Shown in pieces: positions 30,121-40,653 of a DNA stretch of 40,863 bases. The stretch's first letter is position 1. Each line of letters starts with the position of its first letter. Under the pieces are notes generated by a model, which did no database searches, was not told the origin of the DNA, and worked only from the letters and a program-made list of their open reading frames with translations. Position numbers and translations under genes: made by a program. Origin of the DNA: Paracoccaceae bacterium (GTDB lineage Bacteria > Pseudomonadota > Alphaproteobacteria > Rhodobacterales > Rhodobacteraceae); assembly GCA_007131685.1 (NCBI GenBank), contig SLQD01000017.1:1-40863 (forward strand), in the 5' to 3' direction.

Positions 30121-31813
30121 TGCCCGCCTCGCGCCAGACCGGCGCCTCGCCCTCCTGCTCGAGCACGAGTTCGAGCCCGATATCGAGCTTGCGCCGGATG
30201 CGCTCGGCCTCCTCGGGCTCCGGGTCGAAGGAGAGCGCGCGGCGCCACTGGAACTCGGCCTCGCGCTGGCGGCCCACGGCCCAGTAGACATCGCCGAGAT
30301 GGTCGTTGACGATCGGATCGTCGGGCATGAGCTCGGCGGCGCGCTCCATGTAGGGCAGTGCCTCCTCGGGCTCGCCCATCTTGAACAGCACCCAGCCGAG
30401 CGAATCGGCGATGTAGCCGCTGTCGGGGCGGGCCTCGTGCGCCGTCTCGATCATCGCGCGCGCCTCCTCGAGATCGCGGCCCTTCTCGACGAGCGAATAG
30501 CCCAGATAGTTGAGCACATCGGGCTGATCGGGCTCGAGCTCCAGCGCCTTGCGGAAATCCGCCTCGGCCCCGTCCCAGCGATCGGCGCGCTCCTGGGTGA
30601 TGCCGCGGGTGTAGAACACGACCCAGTGCCGGCGATCCGGCGCGGCGATGCGCGCGATGGCGCGGTCATAGGCCTCGGTGGCGGCGTCCCAGTCCTCCTC
30701 GCGGCGCAGGATGTCGCCGCGCGCGGAATGAACCTGCGAAATGTCGCCATGCGTCTGCTCGAGCGCGTCGAGGACTGCGAGCGCGGCCTCAAGATCGCCG
30801 CCGCGATGTAGCGCCTCGGCGCGGCCAATCCCGGCGAGGTGATGGGAGGGGTGTGCGGGATCGAGCCGCGCGAATGCCGCCTCGGCGAGGTCGTGGCGCT
30901 CCATCTCGGAAAGAAGTTGCGCGGTGGACAGTTTCGCCTCGGCATGGGCCGGGCGCAGCCGCTCGGCCACCCGCATGTAGAGCAGCACCTCCTGCGGCTC
31001 GAGCTCGCGCTCGAGCGCCTGCGCGACATCGAAGAAGGCCTCGGCGATACCGTCCATGGGATGCTCGAGCATCTCGAAGCCGACATCCTCGCCCGCGGCA
31101 AGGCGCTCGGTCAGTGCGCTGATCTCGGGCGGCGCATCGGCCCCGAAATTGCGCTCGAGCAGCTCGAGCGCGTCGTCATGGCGCCCGAGCGCACCGAGCA
31201 CCTCGGCATGGGCCTTGATGGCGCGGGCGGTGAAGTGCAGCGGATCGCCCTCGCCGCCCGACATCAGCGCATCGGCGGCCTCGAAATCGCCACCCTGAGC
31301 GTGAGCGAGGGCGGCGTGATAGGCGGCGATCTGGGACAGACCGCGGGCGCCGAGCGCGTCGAAGGCCTCGAAGGCCGTATCGGGCCGGCCGGCGGCCAGA
31401 TGCGCCCAGCCCGACACCAGCCCGTCGATCACCGGAAGGATGCCCTCCGCCTCCAGCTGATCGATGGCGCCGGCATAGTCCTCCGCCTCGAGCCGCGCGA
31501 CGAGCCGTGCCATGCGCGCCGGCGTGCTGTTGCGCCCGGCCTCGGCGAGCCGGTCGGCCATGGCCGTGGCCGCACGCCATTCGCCCATGGCGAGATGCGC
31601 GGCGGTGGCGTCCTCGATGGCGCGCGGGGCGTGCGCGTCGAGCGCGATCACCTCTTCGAAATACTCCGCCGCGGCGGTGTAGTCGCGCGCCGCGAAGGCG
31701 GACCTGGCCGAAAGATAGGCTCCGGTCAGCCCGTCCTGCGCGAGCGCCGGGGCGCCGGCAGACGGTGTGAGCAACGCGGCGCAGATGATCAGGAGGCGTG
31801 GAGGTGAGGTCAC
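30110..31813 (-). CDS. Exported tetratricopeptide-repeat protein
   Basis: Signal peptide (APALA-Q); TPR motifs [29 protein letters not shown] start 31813 after AAGGGG is inferred. Confidence 0.9.
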   Translation of the reverse strand: MTSPPRLLIICAALLTPSAGAPALAQDGLTGAYLSARSAFAARDYTAAAEYFEEVIALDAHAPRAIEDATAAHLAMGEWRAATAMADRLAEAGRNSTPARMARLVARLEAEDYAGAIDQLEAEGILPVIDGLVSGWAHLAAGRPDTAFEAFDALGARGLSQIAAYHAALAHAQGGDFEAADALMSGGEGDPLHFTARAIKAHAEVLGALGRHDDALELLERNFGADAPPEISALTERLAAGEDVGFEMLEHPMDGIAEAFFDVAQALERELEPQEVLLYMRVAERLRPAHAEAKLSTAQLLSEMERHDLAEAAFARLDPAHPSHHLAGIGRAEALHRGGDLEAALAVLDALEQTHGDISQVHSARGDILRREEDWDAATEAYDRAIARIAAPDRRHWVVFYTRGITQERADRWDGAEADFRKALELEPDQPDVLNYLGYSLVEKGRDLEEARAMIETAHEARPDSGYIADSLGWVLFKMGEPEEALPYMERAAELMPDDPIVNDHLGDVYWAVGRQREAEFQWRRALSFDPEPEEAERIRRKLDIGLELVLEQEGEAPVWREAGSGG

Positions 31814-31917
31814 GGCAGGCTGCCCCTTTCGCGGTACCCGCAAAAGGTAGTGCGCTGCGCGCGGCGACGCAATGCGCCGCGTGCTCCGTGGCGGTCACGC
31901 CTGCCGTGAGCGGGGTC

Positions 31918-33570
31918 TCACATGTTGGGGTAGTTCGGCCCGTCGCCGCCCTGCGGGGTGACCCAGTGGATGTTCTGGCTCGGATCCTTGATGTCGCAGG
32001 TCTTGCAGTGCACGCAGTTCTGGAAGTTGATCACGAAGCGCGGCTCCTTGCCCGGCTCCTCGACCACCTCGTAGACCCCGGCGGGGCAGTAGCGCTGCGC
32101 GGGTTCGCCGTATTCGGGAAGGTTCACCCGGATCGGCACGCTGTCATCGCGCAGCGTCAGGTGGCAGGGCTGGCTTTCCTCGTGGTTCGTGAAGGACTGC
32201 GCGACATTGGTGAGCCGGTCGAAGGAGAGCTTGCCGTCGGGTTTCGGGTAGTCGATCGGGGCGTGATCGGCGGCCTTGCCGGTGGCCTCGGCGTCGGACT
32301 TGCCATGCGCCAGGGTGCCGAGCGGGTTGAGCCCGGTGAGATTGGCCGCCCACATGTCGATCCCGCCGAGGCCGAGCGCCGCCCAGCTGCCGTATTTCGA
32401 CCAGAGCGGCTTGACATTGCGCACGCGCCGCAGATCGCGCCCCACCGGCCCGTCGCGCAGCGCGGTCTCGTATTCGGCGAGTTCGTCGCCCGACCGCCCC
32501 GCCGCGATCGCCTCCACGGCGGCATCCGCGGCGGCGATGCCCGAGAGCATGGCGTTGTGATTGCCCTTGATGCGCGGCACGTTCACCAGCCCCGCCGAAC
32601 AGCCCAGCAGCGCCCCGCCCGGGAACGCGACCTGCGGGATCGACTGCCACCCCCCCTCGCTGATCGCGCGCGCGCCGTAGGCCACGCGCTTGCCGCCTTC
32701 CAGCAGCTCCGCGACCATCGGGTGATGCTTGAAGCGCTGGAACTCCATGTAGGGGTAGAGATACGGGTTGGCGTAGTTCAGGTGCACCACGAAACCGAGA
32801 TACACCTGGTTCTTCTCGCCATGGTAGATGAAGCTGCCGCCGCCGGCGTTGCGCCCGAGCGGCCAGCCCATCGTGTGCAGCGCCGTGCCCTCGCGGTGCC
32901 GGTCCGGGTCGATCTCCCAGATCTCCTTCATGCCGAGGCCGAATTTCTGCGGATCCTTGCCCGCAGACAGCTCGAAGCGCTCCATCACCGCCTTCGAGAG
33001 CGAGCCGCGCACCCCTTCCGACAGGAAGACATACCTGCCGCGCAGCTCCATCCCCGGCTCGTAATTCGGGCCCGGCGTGCCGTCGCTGGCGCGGCCGAAT
33101 TCCCCGGCGACGACACCGCGCACCGCCCCGTCCTCGCCGTAAACGAGCTCGGAGCAGGACATCCCCGCGAAAACCTCGACACCGAGCGCCTCGGCCTGTT
33201 CGGCCATCCAGCGGCAGACATTGCCCATCGAGACGATGTAGCACCCGTGATTGCTCATCAGCGGCGGCATCAGGCTCGTGGGCACCCGCAGCGCCCCGCC
33301 CGCGCCGAGCATGTAGAAGCGGTCCTTCGTCACCGGCACCGAGACCGGCGCGCCGCGATCGCGCCAGTCGGGCAGCAGCGCATCGAGTCCGGACGGGTCG
33401 AGCACCGCGCCCGAGAGGATATGCGCGCCGACCTCCGAGCCCTTCTCGAGCACCACCACGTCGAGATCCGGGGCCTGCTGCTTGAGCCGGATCGCGGCCG
33501 AAAGCCCGGCCGGCCCCGCTCCGACGATCACGACGTCGTAGTCCATCGCCTCGCGCTCGATATCGCTCAT
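31918..33570 (-). CDS. Electron transfer flavoprotein-ubiquinone oxidoreductase
   Basis: DVVIVGAGPAGLSAA FAD site, GAHILSGA, RYCPAGVYE, NCVHCKTCDIKDP Fe-S motif. Confidence 0.97.
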   Translation of the reverse strand: MSDIEREAMDYDVVIVGAGPAGLSAAIRLKQQAPDLDVVVLEKGSEVGAHILSGAVLDPSGLDALLPDWRDRGAPVSVPVTKDRFYMLGAGGALRVPTSLMPPLMSNHGCYIVSMGNVCRWMAEQAEALGVEVFAGMSCSELVYGEDGAVRGVVAGEFGRASDGTPGPNYEPGMELRGRYVFLSEGVRGSLSKAVMERFELSAGKDPQKFGLGMKEIWEIDPDRHREGTALHTMGWPLGRNAGGGSFIYHGEKNQVYLGFVVHLNYANPYLYPYMEFQRFKHHPMVAELLEGGKRVAYGARAISEGGWQSIPQVAFPGGALLGCSAGLVNVPRIKGNHNAMLSGIAAADAAVEAIAAGRSGDELAEYETALRDGPVGRDLRRVRNVKPLWSKYGSWAALGLGGIDMWAANLTGLNPLGTLAHGKSDAEATGKAADHAPIDYPKPDGKLSFDRLTNVAQSFTNHEESQPCHLTLRDDSVPIRVNLPEYGEPAQRYCPAGVYEVVEEPGKEPRFVINFQNCVHCKTCDIKDPSQNIHWVTPQGGDGPNYPNM

Positions 33571-33780
33571 GGTCGCTCCCCTGTCCGGGCCGCACAGCCG
33601 GCACCCTGTCGGTGTTCAGCTAGCGCAACGGATCATGCAGGGTCAATCGCCGCGCATGAACGCGAATCCGCGCACCGCCCCTTGCATTCGCCGCACGCGT
33701 GATATCAGCATGGCGTATCCGTGCGCCGCGGAAGCGGCGGGCGAGAGTAAGGTGTTGGCAGGAACCGCGAGGCCACGACC

Positions 33781-34251
33781 ATGGAAAAGATCCCGATCAC
33801 CCGGGCGGGTCACGCTGCGCTCGATGCCGAGCTCAAGAAGCTCAAATCCGAGGAGCGCCCGGCGGTGATCCGCGCAATCTCGGAAGCGCGCGAGCACGGC
33901 GACCTGTCGGAGAATGCCGAGTATCACGCCGCGCGCGAGAAGCAGAGCTTCATCGAGGGGCGCATCAAGGAGCTCGAGGGGTTGCTTGGCCGCGCCGAGG
34001 TGATCGACCCCGAGAAACTCTCCGGCGCGATAAAGTTCGGCGCCACGGTGCAGCTCGTCGACGAGGACACCGAGGAAGCAAGAACCTATCAGCTCGTCGG
34101 CGAGCCCGAGGCCGATATCGAGCAGGGGCTGCTCAACGTGAAATCGCCGCTCGCGCGCGCGCTCATCGGCAAGGAGGAGGGTGACAGTGTCGAGGTGCGC
34201 ACGCCGGGCGGGCAGAAGAGTTACGAGGTCGTCAGCATCGTCTATCGCTGA
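33781..34251 (+). CDS. greA: Transcription elongation factor GreA
   Basis: [26 protein letters not shown]. Confidence 0.98.
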   Translation: MEKIPITRAGHAALDAELKKLKSEERPAVIRAISEAREHGDLSENAEYHAAREKQSFIEGRIKELEGLLGRAEVIDPEKLSGAIKFGATVQLVDEDTEEARTYQLVGEPEADIEQGLLNVKSPLARALIGKEEGDSVEVRTPGGQKSYEVVSIVYR

Positions 34252-34275
34252 CGCGGCGCGGGATGCGGAGTGGGT

Positions 34276-35406
34276 ATGAGCTTCGATCACGGTGAGAAGC
34301 GCGCGCCGCACTGGCGCGGCCTGTTGCGCGGCGGAGCGGCGCAGCCGCTGCGCACGGCGGGCGTGCTGCTCGTGATCTGGGTCGTGCTCGCCGTGACGGT
34401 AGTGCTCAACGTGCCGCCCGTGCTGCGCGACCTGCTGCTGCTGCTCGCGGTGACGGCGCTCGCAGCGGCCGGATTGTGGGCGACGATGCGGCTGCTGGCC
34501 GAGCGCGACGCGCTCGCCGCGCGGCTCGCTGTGCTCGAACGCCGGCTCGCCGGCAGTGATGGCGGCGAGCCGGCCGCGTCGGCGCAGTCGGAGCCGGCGG
34601 AGGGGATGGCCGCGGGATCGCTGCTCGACATGGTCGATATGCCGCCCCGCGCCGAGCCGGCGCACACCGGGCCGCGCGCCGGCTCGGCGGGCCCTTCTCC
34701 CGCAGCCGCCGCCCCGTTTCCCGCCGGGACCCAGTCGAGGGCGGCGAAGCCGCGCCGCGAACCGAAGGCGTCTGCGCCAAGGCCTGAACCCGCGCCCGCC
34801 AGCGCTGGCGCCGCGAAAGTCGCGCCCGAGCGCGGCGCGGAACCCGCGCCCAAGCGCGATGCCGCCGCGGAAAGCGCGGCGGGCCCGGCCGCGCCCGAGC
34901 GCAATGTCGAGCGGCCCCGCCCGACCGCACCCCCCGCCCTCGATCCGGACCAGTATATCCGCGCGCTCGATTTCCCCGAGACGGCCGAGGATACCGAGGG
35001 GTTTCACGCGCTGCGGCTGGCGCTGCGCGATCCGCAGGCCGCGCCGCTCGTGCGCGCCGGCCAGGACGTGCTCACCCTTCTGAGCGAGGACGGGATCTAC
35101 ATGGAGGATCTCGGCCAAGCCTCCGTATCGGCGCGACTCTGGCGAAGCTTCGCCGAAGGCGCGCGCGGCGGCGCGGTGAGCGGACTCGGCGCCGTGGGCG
35201 ATGGCGAGGTCGTCGCGCGGGTGCGCGGGCGGATGCAGTCGGACGCGGTGTTTCGTGATGTCGCGCAGCATTTCCTGCGCCAGTTCGAGCGCGGCCTGGC
35301 GAATTTCGCGCCCGGCGCCGGCGACGACGCGCTCGCCCGCTTCGGCGATACACGCAGCGCGCGCGCCTTCCGGCTGCTCGGGCAGGTCGCCGGCATCTTC
35401 GACTGA
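34276..35406 (+). CDS. Hypothetical membrane protein: 2 TM, coiled coil, Pro/Ala-rich linker, C-terminal helical domain
   Basis: Long ORF directly after greA with clear domain-like composition; start 34270 or 34276. Confidence 0.8.
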   Translation: MSFDHGEKRAPHWRGLLRGGAAQPLRTAGVLLVIWVVLAVTVVLNVPPVLRDLLLLLAVTALAAAGLWATMRLLAERDALAARLAVLERRLAGSDGGEPAASAQSEPAEGMAAGSLLDMVDMPPRAEPAHTGPRAGSAGPSPAAAAPFPAGTQSRAAKPRREPKASAPRPEPAPASAGAAKVAPERGAEPAPKRDAAAESAAGPAAPERNVERPRPTAPPALDPDQYIRALDFPETAEDTEGFHALRLALRDPQAAPLVRAGQDVLTLLSEDGIYMEDLGQASVSARLWRSFAEGARGGAVSGLGAVGDGEVVARVRGRMQSDAVFRDVAQHFLRQFERGLANFAPGAGDDALARFGDTRSARAFRLLGQVAGIFD

Positions 35407-35479
35407 GCGCGCCGCCCGCGCCGGGTTTGCATCCGGCGGGATGCGCCGCTAAGCCGGCGTGAGCAGACGAGGCGACAGC

Positions 35480-36196
35480 ATGAGCACTCCCCCCAGACGC
35501 GCCTATTGGCAGGGCCTGCGCGACGGCGCGCCGTTCATCCTTGTCGTGACCCCCTTCGCGATGCTTTTCGGCGTCTCGGCGAGCGAGGCAGGGCTGCCGC
35601 TCGCGGAGGTCATGGGCTTCTCGGTGCTGGTCATCGCCGGGGCGGCGCAGTTCGCGGCGCTGCAGATGATGATGGAGAATGCGCCGGTGCTCGTGGTGCT
35701 GGCCACGGCGCTCGCGGTCAATCTGCGCATGGCGATGTATTCGGCCGCGCTGACGCCGCATCTGGGCCATGCGCCGATCTGGAAGCGCGCCGTGATGGCC
35801 TATTTCATCGTCGACCAGACCTACGCGCTGAGCACGCTGCGCTACGAGCGTGACCCGGCGCTGTCGCTGCGCGCGCGGGTGGCGTATTTCGCCGGCACGG
35901 CCTCGCCGGTCTGTCTGCCCTGGTATGCGGCGACCTGGGTCGGTGCCGAGGTCGGGGCGCGCATCCCGCCCGAATTCGCGCTCGATTTTGCGCTGCCGAT
36001 CACCTTCCTTGCGATGATCGCGCCGATGCTGCGCACCGCTGCGCATGTCGCGGCGGCGCTGACCTCGATCGCGCTGGCGCTGGGGCTGGCGTTCCTGCCC
36101 TACAATCTCGGGCTGATGATCGCTGCGCTGGCCGCGCTGATGGTGGGCGCGCAGGCCGAGCTGTGGCAGACGCGGCGGCGGGCGCGGGCGCAATGA
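35480..36196 (+). CDS. azlC: AzlC-family branched-chain amino acid exporter permease
   Basis: PFAMLFG, AGAAQF, VNLRMAMYS, DFALPITFL; promoter-like TTGCAT-N17-TAAGCC at 35427-35455. Confidence 0.9.
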   Translation: MSTPPRRAYWQGLRDGAPFILVVTPFAMLFGVSASEAGLPLAEVMGFSVLVIAGAAQFAALQMMMENAPVLVVLATALAVNLRMAMYSAALTPHLGHAPIWKRAVMAYFIVDQTYALSTLRYERDPALSLRARVAYFAGTASPVCLPWYAATWVGAEVGARIPPEFALDFALPITFLAMIAPMLRTAAHVAAALTSIALALGLAFLPYNLGLMIAALAALMVGAQAELWQTRRRARAQ

Positions 36197-36522
36197 GTTA
36201 CACGGGCGCGGAAACCTGGGGCATCATCGCCGTGCTCGGGATCGGGACCTTCCTGATCCGGTTCTCGTTTCTGGGGCTGATCGGGGATCGGGAACTGCCC
36301 GAATGGGTGCTGCGGCATCTGCGCTACACGCCGGTAGCGGTGCTGCCGGGGCTGGTGGCGCCGCTGGTGCTCTGGCCCGAGGCGACGGGCGGCGATCCCG
36401 ACGCGCCGCGCCTCGCCGCAGCGGCGGTCACGGTCGCGCTCGGGGTGGGGACGAAGAATGTCCTGCTGTCGATCTGCGGCGGCGCCGGCACGCTCTATCT
36501 GGTGCAGTTCCTGATCGGCTGA
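36193..36522 (+). CDS. azlD: AzlD-family membrane protein
   Basis: GTFLIRFSF, LRYTPVAVLPGLVAP; ATGA overlap with azlC. Confidence 0.88.
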   Translation: MSYTGAETWGIIAVLGIGTFLIRFSFLGLIGDRELPEWVLRHLRYTPVAVLPGLVAPLVLWPEATGGDPDAPRLAAAAVTVALGVGTKNVLLSICGGAGTLYLVQFLIG

Positions 36523-36528
36523 CAGCGA

Positions 36529-36684
36529 TCAGGAATTCACGAGCGCCAGAAAGATCAGGATCCCGATGCTGATCGCGGCGGTCCAGACCGTGAAGCGGAT
36601 GAAGCCCTCGAAGGTGCGCTCCTGCTCGCTGATATCCATCGTGCCGGGGACGTGCTTGCTCTCGTCGTCTTTCTTCTCGGCCAT
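36529..36684 (-). CDS. ctaH: aa3-type cytochrome c oxidase subunit IV
   Basis: 51 aa; HVPGTMDISEQERTFEGFIR plus single TM ending LALVNS; GAGGAG SD. Confidence 0.9.
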   Translation of the reverse strand: MAEKKDDESKHVPGTMDISEQERTFEGFIRFTVWTAAISIGILIFLALVNS

Positions 36685-36740
36685 GGGGACTCCTCGTGGT
36701 GATGGTGTGCAGCTTCGCTTAGCCGATCCGCGCGCGGCTG

Positions 36741-37796
36741 TCACGACTCTCCCGACAGCCGCCGCCACAGCCAGGCGCCATCCGCGCCGCGCGCGCGCGT
36801 CACCTTTCCGGCGCGGTGCAGGTGATTGAGATGCGCCACCGCCTCGACGAGCGCGAGCCCGTATGTGCCCGCATCGATGCGGCGCCTGAAGAGCGGCGCG
36901 AAGCAGTCCGCGGCGCTGCGCGGATGGTCGAGATGATCGAGCAGCCGCGCCAGCGCCTCGTGATGATTGTCGATCTTCTGGCGCAGGCGCAGCGGCAGCC
37001 CCGTGAAGGGCAGCTTGTGCCCCGGCAGCACGAGATGCTCCGGCCGCGCCAGCCCCGCCAGCCGCGCACAGGCCTCGAGCCATTCGGCCACGGGATCGGC
37101 CTCGGGCTCGGTGGCATAGACGCCGAGATTGGGCGAGATCCCCGGCAGGAGCTGATCGCCCCCGATGACGAGATCGTCGTCGCGGCTCCAGAACGTCGCG
37201 TGTTCGGGCGCGTGCCCGGCGCCCACATGCACCTGCCAGTCGCGCCCGCCCATGCGCAGCACGTCGCCCTGCGCGACGCGCCGGAACCCCAGCGGCAGCG
37301 GCGCGACCATATCGGCGAAATTGACCGGCCGCTCCCCGGCGCGGCGGGCGAGCTCATCCGGATCCATCCCCGCCGCGCGCCAGAAATCGAGCGTTTCGGG
37401 CCGCGGGCGGTCCTGCTCGTCGAGGGTGAGCATCCGCGCGAAGAGCCAGGCCGTGCGGGTGGTCCACAGCTCGGCGCCGTGCGCGGCCTGGAACCAGCCG
37501 GCGAGGCCGACATGGTCGGGGTGGTGATGGGTGACCACGACCCGGGTGACGGGCTTGCCCGCGAGCGGTCCGGCGAGCAGCTCGCCCCAGAGCGCGCGGC
37601 TGCGCCGCGTGTCCATGCCGGTGTCGATCAGCGTCCAGCCATCGCCCTCGTCGAGCGCATAGACATTGACATGGTCCAGCGCCATGGGCAGCGGCAGCCG
37701 CATCCACAGCACCCCGTCGGCGATGCGGGTCGCGCCGCCGGGCGCGGGCGGTTCGGGCCAGGGATGGCGGATGCCCTCGGGCGCGGCGTCCATCAT
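36741..37796 (-). CDS. Metallo-beta-lactamase-fold hydrolase
   Basis: LDHVNVY, LIDTG, THHHPDHVG, GHAPEH, GGDQLL, LPGH. Confidence 0.92.
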   Translation of the reverse strand: MMDAAPEGIRHPWPEPPAPGGATRIADGVLWMRLPLPMALDHVNVYALDEGDGWTLIDTGMDTRRSRALWGELLAGPLAGKPVTRVVVTHHHPDHVGLAGWFQAAHGAELWTTRTAWLFARMLTLDEQDRPRPETLDFWRAAGMDPDELARRAGERPVNFADMVAPLPLGFRRVAQGDVLRMGGRDWQVHVGAGHAPEHATFWSRDDDLVIGGDQLLPGISPNLGVYATEPEADPVAEWLEACARLAGLARPEHLVLPGHKLPFTGLPLRLRQKIDNHHEALARLLDHLDHPRSAADCFAPLFRRRIDAGTYGLALVEAVAHLNHLHRAGKVTRARGADGAWLWRRLSGES

Positions 37797-39502
37797 GGCG
37801 CGAGATCCTCGGGCGCCAGCCCGTAGAGATCGTCCGAGCCCGCGCGCGCGGCGGCGAGGAGGGCGGCATGCTCGGGCAGGAGGCGGCGGATGAAGACCTG
37901 CGCGAGGGCGCTGCGCGGCCCCGCGCCCGCGGCGCGCGCGGCGCGCAGATGTGCCTGCCCGCCGAGCACCCGCGCGAAGCCGCGCAGATAGGGCACCGCC
38001 CCGGCGAAACGGTCCACCGGCTCCTGCGCGGTGAGCCATTCGGTCGTCTCCCGCAGGGTCTCGGCGGCCGACCAGACCGCGCCGGCGAGCTCGGGCATCT
38101 CCGCGCGCGCGGCCTCGGCATCGGCCTCGATCTCGTCGATGAGCCGGAACGCCGCCTCGCCGCCATCGGCCAGCTTGCGGCCCACGAGGTCCATCGCCTG
38201 GATGCCGTTGGTGCCCTCGTAGATCGCCGTGACGCGCACATCGCGCAGATACTGCGCCGCCCCCGTCTCCTCGACATAGCCCATGCCGCCGAAGACCTGG
38301 ATGCCCGCCGAGGCCACCTCGATGCCGAGATCGGTGCCGTGCGCCTTCGAGATCGGCGTGAGCAGCGCCGCGCGCGCGTCCCATGCCGGCGCCCCGGTCG
38401 CCTTCGCCATGTCGATTGCCACGGCATTCGACAGCGCGATGGCGCGGGCGGCGAAGATCTCGGCGCGCATCGTCGCCAGCATCCGGCGCACATCGGCATG
38501 ATCGATGATGGTGCCCGCCCCGGCGACGGGCGTGCGCCCCTGCACCCGCTCGCGCGCAAAGGCGAGCGCGTGCTGATACGCCCCCTCCGCTGCGCCGATA
38601 CCCTGCACGCCGACGCCGAGCCGGGCGTTATTCATCATCGTGAACATCGCCGCCATGCCCTTGTGCGGCGCGCCGATCAGCCAGCCTGTCGCGCCCTCGT
38701 AGCTCATCACGCAGGTCGGCGAGCCGTGCAGGCCGAACTTCTCCTCGATCGAGACGACGCGCAGGCTGTTGGGCGCCCCGGGCGCGCCATCGCCATCGGG
38801 CAGGTATTTCGGCACCAGGAACAGGCTGATCCCCTTGGTGCCCGCCGGCGCATCGGGCAGCCGTGCGAGCACGAGATGGCACACATTGCCGACGAAATCC
38901 GCATCGCCCCAGGAGATCCAGACCTTCTGGCCGGTGACGGAATAGGTGCCATCGCCGTTCGGCGCCGCCTTCGCGGCCACCGCGCCGACATCACTGCCCG
39001 CCTGCGGCTCGGAGAGATTCATCGTCCCCGACCATTCCCCCGAGATCAGCTTCGGCAGGTAGAGCGCCTTGATGGCATCGTCGGCGTGATGCTCGAGCGC
39101 CTCGATCTGGCCCTGGGTGAGCAGCGGCGAAAGCTGCAGCGACAGGCACGCCCCCGACATCATGTCATTGACCGCCGTGGTCAGGGCATGCGGCAGCCCC
39201 ATGCCGCCATGCGCCGGATCGGCCGAAATACCGATCCAGCCGCCCTCGGCGATGGCGCGGTAGCCCGCGGCGAAGCCCGGCGTCGCGCGCACCGCGCCGT
39301 CCTCGAGCCGGGCAGGGTGGGTGTCGCCGGCGCGCTGCAGCGGGGCGAGGACATCCTCGCACAGCCGCCCCGCGCCCGCGAGGATCGCCTCGGTGACATC
39401 CGGCGTGGCCTCGGCGAAGCGCTCCGTCGCCGTGACGCGGTCGAAACCCGCGACATGGTCGAGCAGGAAGCGCAGCTCCTGCAGCGGGGCGCGATAGGGC
39501 AT
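37793..39502 (-). CDS. Acyl-CoA dehydrogenase (long FadE5/DmdC-like family)
   Basis: MPYRAP start, GTMNLSEPQAGSDVG, KGISLFLVPK, MMNNARLGVG, QVFGGMGYVEE, IYEGTNGIQA. Confidence 0.94.
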   Translation of the reverse strand: MPYRAPLQELRFLLDHVAGFDRVTATERFAEATPDVTEAILAGAGRLCEDVLAPLQRAGDTHPARLEDGAVRATPGFAAGYRAIAEGGWIGISADPAHGGMGLPHALTTAVNDMMSGACLSLQLSPLLTQGQIEALEHHADDAIKALYLPKLISGEWSGTMNLSEPQAGSDVGAVAAKAAPNGDGTYSVTGQKVWISWGDADFVGNVCHLVLARLPDAPAGTKGISLFLVPKYLPDGDGAPGAPNSLRVVSIEEKFGLHGSPTCVMSYEGATGWLIGAPHKGMAAMFTMMNNARLGVGVQGIGAAEGAYQHALAFARERVQGRTPVAGAGTIIDHADVRRMLATMRAEIFAARAIALSNAVAIDMAKATGAPAWDARAALLTPISKAHGTDLGIEVASAGIQVFGGMGYVEETGAAQYLRDVRVTAIYEGTNGIQAMDLVGRKLADGGEAAFRLIDEIEADAEAARAEMPELAGAVWSAAETLRETTEWLTAQEPVDRFAGAVPYLRGFARVLGGQAHLRAARAAGAGPRSALAQVFIRRLLPEHAALLAAARAGSDDLYGLAPEDLAP

Positions 39503-39599
39503 CGTCTCCTCCTGCGCACTGGCGCCGGCGGCGCGGCTGTGGCATCTCCCCCCTAGCCTAACGCCTGCCCGAGCGCCAGCAACCGCAACGCCGCGTCCG

Positions 39600-40559
39600 A
39601 TGCCCGAGACCCTCACCCTGTCGCCCGATCACGCGGGCATCGCGCGCGCCGCCGCGCTTCTGGGCGCGGGCGAACTCGTGGCCTTTCCCACCGAGACGGT
39701 CTACGGCCTCGGCGCCGATGCGGGCGACGACCGGGCGGTCGCGCGGATATTCGCGGCCAAGGACCGGCCGCGCTTCAATCCACTCATCGCGCATCTGCCC
39801 GATGCCGTCGCCGCCGGGGCGATCGGGGTGCTCGACGATGCGGCGGCGCGGCTGGCTTCGGCCTTCTGGCCCGGGCCGCTGACGCTGGTGGTGGCGCTGC
39901 GGGCCGGGGCGCCCGTCTCCCCGCTGGTGACGGCGGGGCTCGAGACGGTGGCGCTGCGGGTGCCGGCGCATCCGGTGGCGCGCGATCTGCTCGCGGCCTT
40001 CGGCGGCGCGCTCGCCGCGCCCTCGGCGAATCCCTCGGGCCGGGTCAGCCCGACGACGGCCGCGCATGTGCGTGACGGGCTCGGGGGGCGCATCGCCGCC
40101 GTGATCGATGGCGGGCCCTGCGCGGTGGGGCTCGAATCCACGATTGTCGCAACGACGGGCGGCGCGGCGCGGCTCCTGCGCCCGGGCGGTCTGCCCGCGG
40201 AAGCGATCGAGGACTGCCTCGGCGCGCCGCTTGCCATCGAGGCGCCGGCCGGCGCGCCCACCGCGCCCGGCCAGCTCGCCTCACATTACGCCCCCGGCGC
40301 GCGGCTGCGCCTCGATGTGGGCACGCCCGAGCCGGGCGAGGTCTGGATCGGTTTCGGACCGGGCTGCGCGGGCGCGGCGCTCAACCTCTCCGGGGGCGGC
40401 GACATGGTCGAGGCGGCGGCCAATCTTTTCGCGATGCTGCGCGCGGCGGATGCGCTGGCGGGGCCGGGCGGGCGCATCGCCGCCGCGCCGGTGCCCGATC
40501 GCGGCCTAGGCCGGGCCATCAACGACCGCCTTGCCCGCGCCGCCGCCCCGCGCCCATAG
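39600..40559 (+). CDS. sua5: L-threonylcarbamoyladenylate synthase (Sua5 type)
   Basis: VAFPTETVYGLGADA, KDRPRFNPLI, AAPSAN, GLESTIV, PGQLASHYAP plus C-terminal SUA5 domain. Confidence 0.96.
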   Translation: MPETLTLSPDHAGIARAAALLGAGELVAFPTETVYGLGADAGDDRAVARIFAAKDRPRFNPLIAHLPDAVAAGAIGVLDDAAARLASAFWPGPLTLVVALRAGAPVSPLVTAGLETVALRVPAHPVARDLLAAFGGALAAPSANPSGRVSPTTAAHVRDGLGGRIAAVIDGGPCAVGLESTIVATTGGAARLLRPGGLPAEAIEDCLGAPLAIEAPAGAPTAPGQLASHYAPGARLRLDVGTPEPGEVWIGFGPGCAGAALNLSGGGDMVEAAANLFAMLRAADALAGPGGRIAAAPVPDRGLGRAINDRLARAAAPRP

Positions 40560-40590
40560 GCGCGCCCCGGCCGCCCTGCGCAGGCGCGCC

Positions 40591-40620
40591 TTGCCGGGCT
40601 TTGGCCGCGCGTGCTATAGG
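40591..40620 (+). promoter_or_regulatory. Putative promoter of tRNA-Pro
   Basis: TTGCCG-N18-TATAGG followed by a GC-rich discriminator. Confidence 0.45.
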
Positions 40621-40653
40621 CGCCGCGCCGTCGCAGCGGCGGCGCGCGTGGCG

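Noticed and set aside
36741-37796. MBL-fold gene as an antibiotic-resistance beta-lactamase
   Set aside because: No signal peptide, coupled to an acyl-CoA dehydrogenase, and in core context; a housekeeping hydrolase is more likely.
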